Assembly (NCBI GenBank): GCA_964592225.1
Contig: CAZQCO010000005.1
Coordinates: 10,273 to 74,272 of the forward strand
Direction of reading: 5' to 3'
Length of the DNA: 64,000 bases
Origin: an uncultured Bacteroidales bacterium
GTDB lineage: Bacteria; Bacteroidota; Bacteroidia; Bacteroidales; UBA10428
Under the pieces are notes generated by a model. The model made no database searches. It was not told where the DNA came from and was given only the letters and a program-made list of their open reading frames with translations. Shown here piece after piece: positions 10,390-19,709 of this stretch; position 1 is the first letter of the stretch, and every line of letters starts with the position of its first letter. Position numbers and translations under genes: made by a program.

Positions 10390-11463
10390 TTGAAGAAAAA
10401 ATTGTTTATCATAGGATGCTCAGGCATACCAGCACGATATGGTGGATTTGAAACTTTTGCAGAAAATATTGCCCTTGAATTGACCAAAAATCTCGAAATA
10501 AGCGTCATCTGCAGTTCCAAATTGTATGGTCCGTCTGAACAAGAATTAAACTGGAAATCGATAAGGCGAATCTTCTTCAATGTTGATCCCAATGGTATTC
10601 GAAGCATTTTATATGATCTTAAGGGACTATTATTAGCCGTCAAGGAATCGGATTATATTCTTCTACTTGGTATAGGTGCGGCCATATTGCTGCCATTTAT
10701 CCCTTTCTTAAAATCAAAATATTTATGTGTCCATGTCGATGGTATCGAATGGAAAAGATCAAAATGGAATATTGTCGCTAAATTATTTCTGAGATTAGGT
10801 TATATACTTTCATTGCGCTATGCAAAAACAATTATTCTTGATAGCAAAGCTCTTGCTCAATATGTGCCCAACAAGTATCTGAAAAAAATCGCATATATCA
10901 ATTATGGAGGTAATCATTTACACCAGTTTTTACCTCTTAGTACTCTCAAGGATTCCTCCTATGCCTTGGTAATAGCGAGGGCTGAACCTGAGAATAATTT
11001 ACTTCTTGTACTTAAAGTGTTTCATAAGAATCAAAATCTCAAACTGATAATTATCTCAAACTGGAACCATACCCGATATGGGAAAAAATTATGTGAGTCC
11101 TATTCAAAGGCTCCCAATATTCAAATGATCGATGCAATTTATGATGATATGTCTAAATTGCAGCAATATAGGGCAAATTGCACCCTATATATTCATGGGC
11201 ATAGTGCTGGAGGAACAAATCCTTCACTGGTGGAAGCGATGTTTACAGGGCTGCCAGTAATAGCCTGGGATAATATTTTTAACAGAGTCACAACCCATGA
11301 TCTGGCATTTTATTTTAAAACAGAGGAAGAACTTGAAAAACAGTTAGTATCATTGAAGAAGCCTGAACTATTGAGATGTGCAAAAGAATTGAGTAAGTAC
11401 GCAAAACAGAACTATACCTGGAACATAGCTGCCAAAAAAATACTCGAATTAATTGAGCAATAA
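10390..11463 (+). CDS. Glycosyltransferase (DUF1972 N-domain / GT1-like C-domain)
   Basis: 357 aa with a TTG start. 'GCSGIPARYGGFETFAENIA' is the DUF1972-type N-terminus. The C-terminal 'HGHSAGGTNPSLVEAM' is a GT-B/GT1-like motif. Confidence 0.75.
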   Translation: MKKKLFIIGCSGIPARYGGFETFAENIALELTKNLEISVICSSKLYGPSEQELNWKSIRRIFFNVDPNGIRSILYDLKGLLLAVKESDYILLLGIGAAILLPFIPFLKSKYLCVHVDGIEWKRSKWNIVAKLFLRLGYILSLRYAKTIILDSKALAQYVPNKYLKKIAYINYGGNHLHQFLPLSTLKDSSYALVIARAEPENNLLLVLKVFHKNQNLKLIIISNWNHTRYGKKLCESYSKAPNIQMIDAIYDDMSKLQQYRANCTLYIHGHSAGGTNPSLVEAMFTGLPVIAWDNIFNRVTTHDLAFYFKTEEELEKQLVSLKKPELLRCAKELSKYAKQNYTWNIAAKKILELIEQ

Positions 11464-11544
11464 CATATGAACTAATATTGAATTAAGTATGTCTTTATTC
11501 GATTTCATAAGTAAATAGTTAATTTCGAAGAAATATTATTAAGA

Positions 11545-12870
11545 ATGTATACAATCGAAGAATTTAAAGTACACCGTTTAGGAAAATGCTCAATCCCATC
11601 TCCATTAAACTTATCAAAGGAGCTTGGCGATGGGGTCTTCAATTATACACTGGATGATGAACGTATCATTATGGATCCCAACATTCGTTACTATGAAGAA
11701 TGTCGGAAAAAAAATATTGAACCATTATCCTTTGAAAAGGCCGGTCCAAAAGAATTCGTTTACTTCGACCCTTCAAAAACAAAAGTAGCCATTGTTACAT
11801 GCGGGGGCTTATGCCCGGGGCTTAACAATGTGATCAGGGGTTTGGTAATGCAATTAAATAGCCGGTATGGTGTAAAAAGGATTGTTGGGATCAAGTACGG
11901 TTTTCAGGGTTTTATTCCAAAATACGGGCATGAAACAGTTGATTTGGAACCAGAAACAATTGATTATATCCATATGCACGGAGGTACTGTTCTTGGGACA
12001 TCGAGAGGGCCGCAGGATGTTTCAGAAATTGTCGATGCTATGGAACGAATGAATATCAATATCCTTTTTGCCATAGGAGGTGATGGAACACTTCGAGGAG
12101 CCCAGGCTATATCGGATGAAATTACAAAGCGCGGACTCAAAATTTCTGTAGCATGTATTCCAAAAACCATTGATAATGATATTAGCTTTATTGATAAGTC
12201 GTTTGGTTTTGAAACAGCATTTACCATTGCAACAAGTATTTTACGTAGTGCGCATAACGAAGCTAAAGGCGCTTATAACGGCATAGCACTGGTTAAACTT
12301 ATGGGCCGTGATTCAGGTTTTATTGCTGCCAATGCAGCTCTTGCGGTTCAGGAAGTCAATTTTGTACTCATACCTGAAGTCAGATTTGATTTAAAGGGTT
12401 CCAAGGGTTTTTTGGAACTTATACGTAAACGTCTTGAAAGAAAACACCATGCACTTGTTGTTGTCGCTGAAGGTTCCGGTCAAAATCTTTTTCAGGTTCA
12501 GGAATCTGAGAAAGACGCTTCAGGTAATATTAAATATAAGGATATTGGCCTTTACCTGAAGGATGTTATAATTGAAGAACTTAATAAGATAAATATGCCT
12601 CATACTTTGAAATATATCGACCCCAGCTATATCATACGCAGTGCTCCGGCCAATGCAAATGATAGTCTTTTTTGCAATATACTCGCACAAAATGCCGTAC
12701 ATGCAGCTATGGCCGGCAGAACAGGATTCGTGGTCGGACACTGGAGCTCACAATTTACCGTGCTACCCATTCCCATTACCATCAAACATCGTAAACGTAT
12801 ATCGGCAGAAGATGAACTTTGGTCGAATGTAATTGAAACTACAGGACAACCTAAAATCCTTCATAATTAG
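11545..12870 (+). CDS. pfkA: 6-phosphofructokinase (long form; ATP-dependent predicted)
   Basis: 441 aa with 'TCGGLCPGLNNVIRG', 'IGGDGTLRGA', 'PKTIDNDI' and 'MGRDSGFIA'. The GGDG (Gly, not Asp) at the phosphoryl-donor specificity position suggests ATP rather than PPi. Confidence 0.88.
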   Translation: MYTIEEFKVHRLGKCSIPSPLNLSKELGDGVFNYTLDDERIIMDPNIRYYEECRKKNIEPLSFEKAGPKEFVYFDPSKTKVAIVTCGGLCPGLNNVIRGLVMQLNSRYGVKRIVGIKYGFQGFIPKYGHETVDLEPETIDYIHMHGGTVLGTSRGPQDVSEIVDAMERMNINILFAIGGDGTLRGAQAISDEITKRGLKISVACIPKTIDNDISFIDKSFGFETAFTIATSILRSAHNEAKGAYNGIALVKLMGRDSGFIAANAALAVQEVNFVLIPEVRFDLKGSKGFLELIRKRLERKHHALVVVAEGSGQNLFQVQESEKDASGNIKYKDIGLYLKDVIIEELNKINMPHTLKYIDPSYIIRSAPANANDSLFCNILAQNAVHAAMAGRTGFVVGHWSSQFTVLPIPITIKHRKRISAEDELWSNVIETTGQPKILHN

Positions 12871-13174
12871 TATCCAATTCACAGCTTCGTGTTGGTCGCG
12901 ATCAATAATTTCATTCAATTTGAACCTATATTCTGCTATGGATGAATTATACTTTGCTGCCCGGTCAAGAAATAATTTATTTGAAGTATTAAACTGTGAT
13001 TTAATTTTCTTCAAAACAATATAATTTGAAAACATATACTAAACATCTATCTTGAAATTTTGTTGTACCCTCCGTAAAAAAGAAAGTTGATAACCAACTT
13101 TTACCGGAATCTGATTTTTTTTAACTTTAATGAAACTTTGTTTGATAATTCGCGTTTCAGAAAAAAATTGAGTT

Positions 13175-13492
13175 ATGAATAATTATACAGACAATAAGCG
13201 ACATCAAAAGCGATTTAATATCCCCGTAATAGGCCATTTTTCTAATCGTAGTGTTAGGTTCAATTCAATAGTAGAAGCCGAAAAATATACCAATATTTCC
13301 TATACTCTTATTTACGAAGCATGTGTCGGTAAAATATACAAAGCCCGTAATGTTTACTGGGAATTTGAAAATGGTGTACACTATATCAGGTACAAAGCAC
13401 ATTATCTTCGTGCCCGGCTTAAACTCTCAGAAGAGGCAAATTTCGGACGCCAGCGAAAACGCAAACAGCTCCAGGAAAGAACAGAAAGTTGA
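13175..13492 (+). CDS. Small basic protein with a homing-endonuclease-type (NUMOD1/IENR1-like) DNA-binding motif
   Basis: 105 aa. 'RFNSIVEAEKYTNISYTLIYEACVGKIYKARNVYWEF' follows the F-x-S-x-x-EA-x-K-x-x-x-IS...I...C.GK....A....W.F pattern seen in NUMOD1 modules. The tail is Lys/Arg-rich. No nuclease domain is present. Confidence 0.45.
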   Translation: MNNYTDNKRHQKRFNIPVIGHFSNRSVRFNSIVEAEKYTNISYTLIYEACVGKIYKARNVYWEFENGVHYIRYKAHYLRARLKLSEEANFGRQRKRKQLQERTES

Positions 13493-13498
13493 TTGTAC

Positions 13499-14626
13499 TT
13501 ATTTATCTACCTTGAATCCAAGACGTTTGAGCCTTTTTATATCATCTTCTTTAACATTCGAAGTCTTTATTGTGTAAGTAAAAAATTCACGCCTTAAAGG
13601 ATAATTTCCCCTATATGACTCAAATTTTTTAGGATCGCTATGCAACCAGCTGTTTTCTCTATCAATTGGATAGGTTTGTAATATAATTTCTGTTAAAATA
13701 TCCTGGAACGATTTATTCAGGCCATCACAAAAAATGTCGGATTTTTTTACCGCAGGAATATTATCAGGTTGCCAATCGTCCAATCCTAAATTGAAAAAGC
13801 GACTGAATTGCTGTATAGCCATTTGAGTCCCGTTGGCTTTTCCATCAACCGAATATCCTGCTATGTGAGGTGTGGCTATATTTATGTTTTCAAGAAGTTC
13901 AGTATCAATAACGGGTTCATTTTCCCAAACATCCAGAATGGCATCAGATAATTTACCACTTTTTAACACGTCTTTCAGTGTAGCTGTATCAACAACCTCT
14001 CCGCGACTGGTATTAATTAATAGAGTCCCTTCATTAATCTTTTCGAAAAAATGCTTATCTGCCAGATGGAATGTTTTATCCTCCCCTGTCATGTTCAGAG
14101 GTACATGAAATGAAATAATATCAACTTCTCTTAAAATTCCATCAAGCGATAAAAAGCCACAAAGCCCTTCATTTCTTACCCTTGGAGGATCATTTAAAAC
14201 AACCCTCATATCGAGAACTTCAGCAAGTTTCAAAATATTTCTTCCAACATTCCCAATTCCAATAATACCCAGAACTCGATTATTCAATTTAATATTCTTT
14301 TGCCGTGCATAATATAAAAGAGCCGATGCCACATACTGCAATACAGAACCAGAATTACATCCAGGAGCATTAGTCCATTTTATACCATTTTTTTCACAAT
14401 ATTGAATATCGATGTGATCGTAACCAATTGTGGCGCTTGCAATAAATTTAACAGCCGTACCTTCCAGTAATTCAGCATCACATTTTGTTCGGGTTCTAAT
14501 GATAATAGCATCTGTATTTTTCAACTTTTCTTTTGTGAAGGAGTTTCCTGCCAAATATTCAACATCAGCATACGGTTCAAGGACATTTTCAATAAATGGA
14601 ATTTTATTGTCGATAATTACTTTCAT
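13499..14626 (-). CDS. pdxB: 4-phosphoerythronate dehydrogenase
   Basis: 375 aa with a D-2-hydroxyacid dehydrogenase fold (GIIGIGNVG NAD motif) plus the PdxB-specific C-terminal dimerisation extension. Confidence 0.85.
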   Translation of the reverse strand: MKVIIDNKIPFIENVLEPYADVEYLAGNSFTKEKLKNTDAIIIRTRTKCDAELLEGTAVKFIASATIGYDHIDIQYCEKNGIKWTNAPGCNSGSVLQYVASALLYYARQKNIKLNNRVLGIIGIGNVGRNILKLAEVLDMRVVLNDPPRVRNEGLCGFLSLDGILREVDIISFHVPLNMTGEDKTFHLADKHFFEKINEGTLLINTSRGEVVDTATLKDVLKSGKLSDAILDVWENEPVIDTELLENINIATPHIAGYSVDGKANGTQMAIQQFSRFFNLGLDDWQPDNIPAVKKSDIFCDGLNKSFQDILTEIILQTYPIDRENSWLHSDPKKFESYRGNYPLRREFFTYTIKTSNVKEDDIKRLKRLGFKVDK

Positions 14627-14854
14627 TTATTATTTTGTATAAGTAGAGTTTAACATACAGCATCAGACTGGATACTACAAATGTATATCTTGTTAAAAAA
14701 ATGTTAATTATATGCAATATAAAAAATCCAACGCAACCTTTCTCCTATATTCTTCATCAAGCTAATATTCTGTAAGGGTTAGTACATACTTGCAGTATTT
14801 TGAACTATCCTGAGTGGATAAATAACCCTGAGGATGGAATAAACCCAACAAGTG

Positions 14855-14884
14855 CCCCTATGCTCTGCATAGGGGTTTTCTTTT
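14855..14884 (+). terminator. Intrinsic terminator with no upstream ORF (orphan)
   Basis: cccctatgc (14855-14863) / tct / gcatagggg (14867-14875) gives a 9-bp GC-rich stem. It is followed by ttttctttt (14876-14884). Confidence 0.6.
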
Positions 14885-15065
14885 AAGTTTTACTACCCTA
14901 CTCCATATCTATATTATTAATAATCATCTCAATTATTGTTAAAAATTGATGTTAACATAATTGCTCATTTTATACCAAGGTATTCCGTTGAGCAATTTTT
15001 TTATCAACAAGAAGTGACATTTTATCCAAATAATGAACCATATTTTGTAATTTTCGTAGAATTGT

Positions 15066-18000
15066 ATGTTATTTATTAGTATCAGCATAAATTTCTCAGC
15101 TATATTCATGATAATCTCTACCTTTATCTCACTATTTATTAGTTACATAGGGTTTGGAGTAATCCTGCCAGGTTTGATTTCTTTTGTTATAGGAGTAACA
15201 ACTTCAGTTGTTGCTGTATATACAATAAGAGTATTCAGGAGAAGGAAATATAAAGTATTGTATTCTACAGCGGATAGTATCTTCGATGAAAGCGATCAGC
15301 TAAACATCCTTATTAATAACATCCCCGATTGTGTTTATCTAAAAGATTTTTCAGGTCGATATATACTAACCAATCAAAAATTTGCCAATCTTCTTAAAGC
15401 TGATAATCCTGAAAGTCTGTATGGGAAAACGGATTCTGATTTATTGATGAAGGAAGAAGCTGATATTTCTTTAGAAGAGGATAAAAAGATTCTCAGTGGT
15501 AAAGCTCCATCAATAAAAAGAAAACAAGAGAATATAAAGGATAATCAAAAAACATTTTCCCTTGTAATTAAAGTTCCTATTAAAAATAAAAAAGGTAAGA
15601 TTATCGGTCTTTTTGGAACTCGCTCCGATATCACAGAACAGGAAGAAGCCTCCCTTCAACTCGAAGAAAAGAACAAGACTCTTGAAAAGGAACGAACCCT
15701 TTTCAAAGCCTTAATGGATAATATGCCGGATACTATCTATATTAAAGATACAGAATGCCGGTTTCTTGACGGTAATCCTCAACAAATCACAATAACCAAA
15801 GCTAATACCCATGAGAATTTGTTAGGAAAAACAGACTTTGATTTTTATCCTAAAGACATAGCCGAAATATATTATAAGGATGATAAGCATGTGATTCAAA
15901 CCGGGAAACCTGTAATTAATAAGGAGGAAATCGGTTTCGATGCCGATGGTAATATCCGTATTAAGTCAACTACCAAAGTTCCTTTTAGAGACAATGAGGG
16001 CAAGATAATAGGTTTAGTGGGAATCGGCAGAGATATCACAAGTCAGAAAGATGCAGAAGAAAAATTGAAGGAACAAGCCCAAAGCCTGCAAGAAATAAAT
16101 GTCTTGCTTGAGGAACGACAGGAAGAAGTTAATCAACAATCAGATGAGCTTGGAAACCAGAATCGCATGCTTGAAGAAGAGAGAAATCTTCTTAGAACCT
16201 TAATCGATAGTATTCCGGATTATATCTTTTTAAAAGATACAAGTTGCCGGTTCATTACGGTGAATAAAAAATTGATGAAAGTTTTCAAAACTGACGATCT
16301 GGAAGATATAATTGGTAAAACAGATAAAGATTTTTACCCAAAGGAATATGCTTCAAATTATCTTAAAGATGATCAGGAAGTAATATCAACCGGGAAAGCC
16401 ATTCTTCATAAAGAAGGACCAGGAATCGACAGTGAAGGTAATTTTATCCATTTGCTTACTTCAAAAATCCCTTTTAGCGGACCCGATGGCCAGATAGCTG
16501 GTCTTATAGGAATTGCCCGTGATATCACCATGATTAAAGAAGCTGAAATTAAGCTTCAGGAACAGACCGATAACCTCAAGGAAGTCAATATTCTGCTGGA
16601 AGAAAGGCAGGAAGAAATTCAGCAGCAATCGAGTGAGCTGACTTCACAAAACAGAATACTTGAGAATGAACGAAATCTCCTGCGTACTATCCTTGATACC
16701 TTGCCTGATGTTATTTATATAAAAGATAAAGAAAGTCGTTTCATTGCTGCTAACAAAAGGATTCTTGAAGTAATGAAAGCTCCAAGCTATGAATATCTTG
16801 AGGGAAAAACTGATTTCGATTTTTATCCAAAGAAAATGGCCCAACTCTTTTTCGATGATGAACAAAAAGTTATTAAAACGAAGAAGCCCCTTATTAATAA
16901 AGAAGAAATAGGCCTCGACAGCGAAGGTAAACAGCTAATTCTTTTCACAACTAAAGTTCCTTTTTTTGATGCTGACGGGAATGTATCTGGTATTGTAGGT
17001 GTGGGTAGGGATATTACTGAATTGAAAAAATATGAAGAAGCACTTAAAGCACAAACTTCCGCCCTAACGGAAAAGAACAAATTACTAGAAGAACGACAAG
17101 AAGAAATTCAAAAACAATCTGAATCGCTTGAAGAGCAAAATACTACACTGGAAAATGAAAGAAACTTACTAAGAACCCTAATCGACCACATGCCCGATTA
17201 TATATATATAAAGGATAAGAACAGTAGGTTCCTCACAGTAAACAAAAGACTCCTGAAGGTGATGCATGCAACATCGCTGGATGAAATAATAGGAACAACA
17301 GACTATGATTCCACTCCTAATAAAGAAGCTGCCGATCTTTATTTGCAGGATGATCAGCATATAATTACTACAGGTGAACCTATTATTAACAAAGAAGAAA
17401 TTGGTTTTGATGAGAACGACAAGGAAAGAGTGATATCAACAACAAAGGTACCCTTCTACGGTGCAGATGGTAAAGTAGCTGGAATTGTTGGCATTGGAAG
17501 GGATATCACAAAACAGAAAAAAGCTGAAAGGCAATTGCGTGAGCAGGCTCAAAATCTGCAGGAAGTCAATATAATTCTTGAAGAAAGACAGGAGAAAATT
17601 CAACAACAATCGGAAGAGCTCAATTTACAGGCGCAAACACTGAAGAAAGCAAATACTCAGCTTGAGCAACTTAATGCAACTAAAAATAAGTTTTTCAGCA
17701 TTATTGCACACGATCTGAAAAATCCATTCCAGGCCATTTTCGGGTTCTCTGAATTACTTTTACGAAACTATGATGATTTTGATGCCCCTCAGAAAATGGA
17801 TTTACTTGGCATGATCAAAACCTCTTCAGAAAGTGCATATAGTTTATTGGAAAATCTATTGCAGTGGGCACGTACACAAACCGATCGTATCAAATATAAT
17901 CCGGCTCCGATAGATATAAGCGAGTTGATCGATCAAAATATTACATTAAGCCAGGGTAGCGCTGAGAATAAACATATTTCGCTTATTCATGAATTAAAGT

Positions 18001-18374
18001 GCTCTTCAAAAGCATTTGCCGATAAAAATATGATCAATCTTGTTCTGCGTAATCTGATAAGTAATGCCATTAAGTTCACCAATGACGGCGGAATTGTAAC
18101 TGTTCAATGCAGCGAAAATGAAAAACAACACAATCAGCTTGAAATTTCAATTGTCGATACTGGAATAGGGATATCCGAAGAAAATATCAAGAAATTATTC
18201 CGCATCGATGAATATTTTTCTACCTCGGGTACTGCAGGTGAAAACGGTACAGGTTTGGGCCTTATTATATGTAAGGAATTCGTAGAAAAAAACGGTGGGC
18301 AAATTAAAATTAGTAGCGAATTGGCAGTTGGAACTACTTTTTCTTTTACCCTTCCTATGAACGAAAAAAAATAA
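15066..18374 (+). CDS. Membrane-anchored multi-PAS sensor histidine kinase
   Basis: 1102 aa. N-terminal hydrophobic segments, 5 PAS-like modules, H-box 'FFSIIAHDLKNP', N-box 'LISNAIKFT', G-boxes 'DTGIGI' and 'GTGLGL'. No receiver domain. Confidence 0.9.
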   Translation: MLFISISINFSAIFMIISTFISLFISYIGFGVILPGLISFVIGVTTSVVAVYTIRVFRRRKYKVLYSTADSIFDESDQLNILINNIPDCVYLKDFSGRYILTNQKFANLLKADNPESLYGKTDSDLLMKEEADISLEEDKKILSGKAPSIKRKQENIKDNQKTFSLVIKVPIKNKKGKIIGLFGTRSDITEQEEASLQLEEKNKTLEKERTLFKALMDNMPDTIYIKDTECRFLDGNPQQITITKANTHENLLGKTDFDFYPKDIAEIYYKDDKHVIQTGKPVINKEEIGFDADGNIRIKSTTKVPFRDNEGKIIGLVGIGRDITSQKDAEEKLKEQAQSLQEINVLLEERQEEVNQQSDELGNQNRMLEEERNLLRTLIDSIPDYIFLKDTSCRFITVNKKLMKVFKTDDLEDIIGKTDKDFYPKEYASNYLKDDQEVISTGKAILHKEGPGIDSEGNFIHLLTSKIPFSGPDGQIAGLIGIARDITMIKEAEIKLQEQTDNLKEVNILLEERQEEIQQQSSELTSQNRILENERNLLRTILDTLPDVIYIKDKESRFIAANKRILEVMKAPSYEYLEGKTDFDFYPKKMAQLFFDDEQKVIKTKKPLINKEEIGLDSEGKQLILFTTKVPFFDADGNVSGIVGVGRDITELKKYEEALKAQTSALTEKNKLLEERQEEIQKQSESLEEQNTTLENERNLLRTLIDHMPDYIYIKDKNSRFLTVNKRLLKVMHATSLDEIIGTTDYDSTPNKEAADLYLQDDQHIITTGEPIINKEEIGFDENDKERVISTTKVPFYGADGKVAGIVGIGRDITKQKKAERQLREQAQNLQEVNIILEERQEKIQQQSEELNLQAQTLKKANTQLEQLNATKNKFFSIIAHDLKNPFQAIFGFSELLLRNYDDFDAPQKMDLLGMIKTSSESAYSLLENLLQWARTQTDRIKYNPAPIDISELIDQNITLSQGSAENKHISLIHELKCSSKAFADKNMINLVLRNLISNAIKFTNDGGIVTVQCSENEKQHNQLEISIVDTGIGISEENIKKLFRIDEYFSTSGTAGENGTGLGLIICKEFVEKNGGQIKISSELAVGTTFSFTLPMNEKK
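16026..17520 (+). repeat. Intragenic tandem modules (about 490 nt period) inside the PAS kinase
   Basis: The 'GRDIT...' boundary recurs at about 16026, 16513, 17006 and 17497. Each is followed by the conserved linker LLEERQEE(V/I)(N/Q)QQS(D/E)EL...ERNLLRTLID..PD.I(F/Y).KD. The protein sequence is conserved while synonymous sites have diverged. Confidence 0.8.
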
Positions 18375-18377
18375 CAT

Positions 18378-19709
18378 CTATTTCCTCAGAAGCTTCTGAC
18401 GTAAAATTGCCGATCGGAAAGGATCTATGATGCGAATTAACAAACTTCTTTGGTCCGTTATTATCTCAGCTACTCCGGGCATGTTTTGCTGAAATGCAAG
18501 TGCAATATTATAATTAGTAATCAACCTCATACTGTCAAGACGTATTTCAACTGCATAGGATTCATCATTTGGCACTAGAGAAATAGATTTTATCTTTCCA
18601 GTAATCGTTCCAAACTCCAAATAGGGGTAATTATCGAAACGGATAACTGCACTATGACCCTCCTTCACTTTCCCGGCACCTTTTGCTGAGAGCATAACTT
18701 TGCCCAATAACTCACCCTGCTCCGTGGGCAAAACTGTTAAAACCACCTCACCCTTTTCAACATACTGATTTTCTGACCATATTTTTGTGAATGAAACCTG
18801 ACCTTCAAAAGGTGAGCGAATGATATAATTCTGTTCCCATTGTGCAATTTCTCCCTTAAGTTTCTCATATGACTCCTTGATGTTCTGTTCAAAAGTCCTG
18901 CTGTTTTCTTCAAATTTTAGTTCTAATTCCAAAATTTCCTGCTGCAGGTTGGAAACTTCTATTTGAGATGAAGCTAATTCCGTCTGGGTGTTCTTCCATT
19001 CGGAAAGTTTATTCAACTTCTGTGCTTCAGATTTTTCAAGTTGTGATGAGGAAATAACTCTGTCGACATAAAGAGCAGAATCCCTTTGATATTGTTTTTC
19101 AACCAGACGATATTCCTGCTTTTGAATAACCTCCTTATCTTCCAACCTATCGAGGAATAGAGAATATTTTTTTAATTCGGCATTAACTGAATTGATTTTT
19201 CTCTGATAATAATTAAGTTTTTTAAAATTGATATATTCCTGAATGCGTTTCTGTAAAATTGTATAAGCATCTTGCAAGGATCCAAGTTTAATATTGTCTG
19301 GAAAACTTACTACAGTTAATGAATCAATAGTCATACTTTTTCCTAATAATTCCGACAGGTTGCGTACATCATCGTAATTTGAAGCGGACTCAAATACTAC
19401 AAGCACTTGATTTTTATCAATAAGCTCTGTATCGGTTACATAAAATTTATTAATCCTCGCCGATGTATTTGCCACCATTTCAGCAGGAGGAGTTTCTGTA
19501 GTTAATTTAATTGGGGCTTTAATAATATCAGGGTATTTAAGAAATGCCGATCCGATAAAAAGAAGTTGCAACACAGCTATGATAACAACAGTACCAAAAC
19601 GAACTATCCAGCGGGGAACCTGTCCCAGAATGTCACGAAGTTGTTCGCTGCGCAGTTCAAGACTTCCGGCGGCTTGTTTGTCTTTCTCAGTATAATTTAT
19701 TTTAGCCAT
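18378..19709 (-). CDS. HlyD-family membrane fusion / secretion adaptor protein
   Basis: 443 aa with an N-terminal TM, a long coiled-coil and a C-terminal beta-barrel domain. The start codon overlaps the stop of the upstream ABC exporter by 1 nt (TAATG). Confidence 0.85.
   Translation of the reverse strand: MAKINYTEKDKQAAGSLELRSEQLRDILGQVPRWIVRFGTVVIIAVLQLLFIGSAFLKYPDIIKAPIKLTTETPPAEMVANTSARINKFYVTDTELIDKNQVLVVFESASNYDDVRNLSELLGKSMTIDSLTVVSFPDNIKLGSLQDAYTILQKRIQEYINFKKLNYYQRKINSVNAELKKYSLFLDRLEDKEVIQKQEYRLVEKQYQRDSALYVDRVISSSQLEKSEAQKLNKLSEWKNTQTELASSQIEVSNLQQEILELELKFEENSRTFEQNIKESYEKLKGEIAQWEQNYIIRSPFEGQVSFTKIWSENQYVEKGEVVLTVLPTEQGELLGKVMLSAKGAGKVKEGHSAVIRFDNYPYLEFGTITGKIKSISLVPNDESYAVEIRLDSMRLITNYNIALAFQQNMPGVAEIITDQRSLLIRIIDPFRSAILRQKLLRK

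Noticed and set aside
10365-10643. 92-aa minus-strand ORF at the edge of the putative origin spacer
   Set aside because: It lies almost entirely antisense to the 5' part of the glycosyltransferase gene, which has a clear DUF1972-type N-terminus.
12763-13035. 90-aa minus-strand ORF in the pfk-downstream spacer, plus the 63-aa plus-strand ORF at 12833-13024
   Set aside because: The minus-strand ORF overlaps the well-supported 3' end of pfk by 108 nt in convergent orientation, and I recognised no motif. I could not rule out a decayed gene fragment, but there is no positive evidence.
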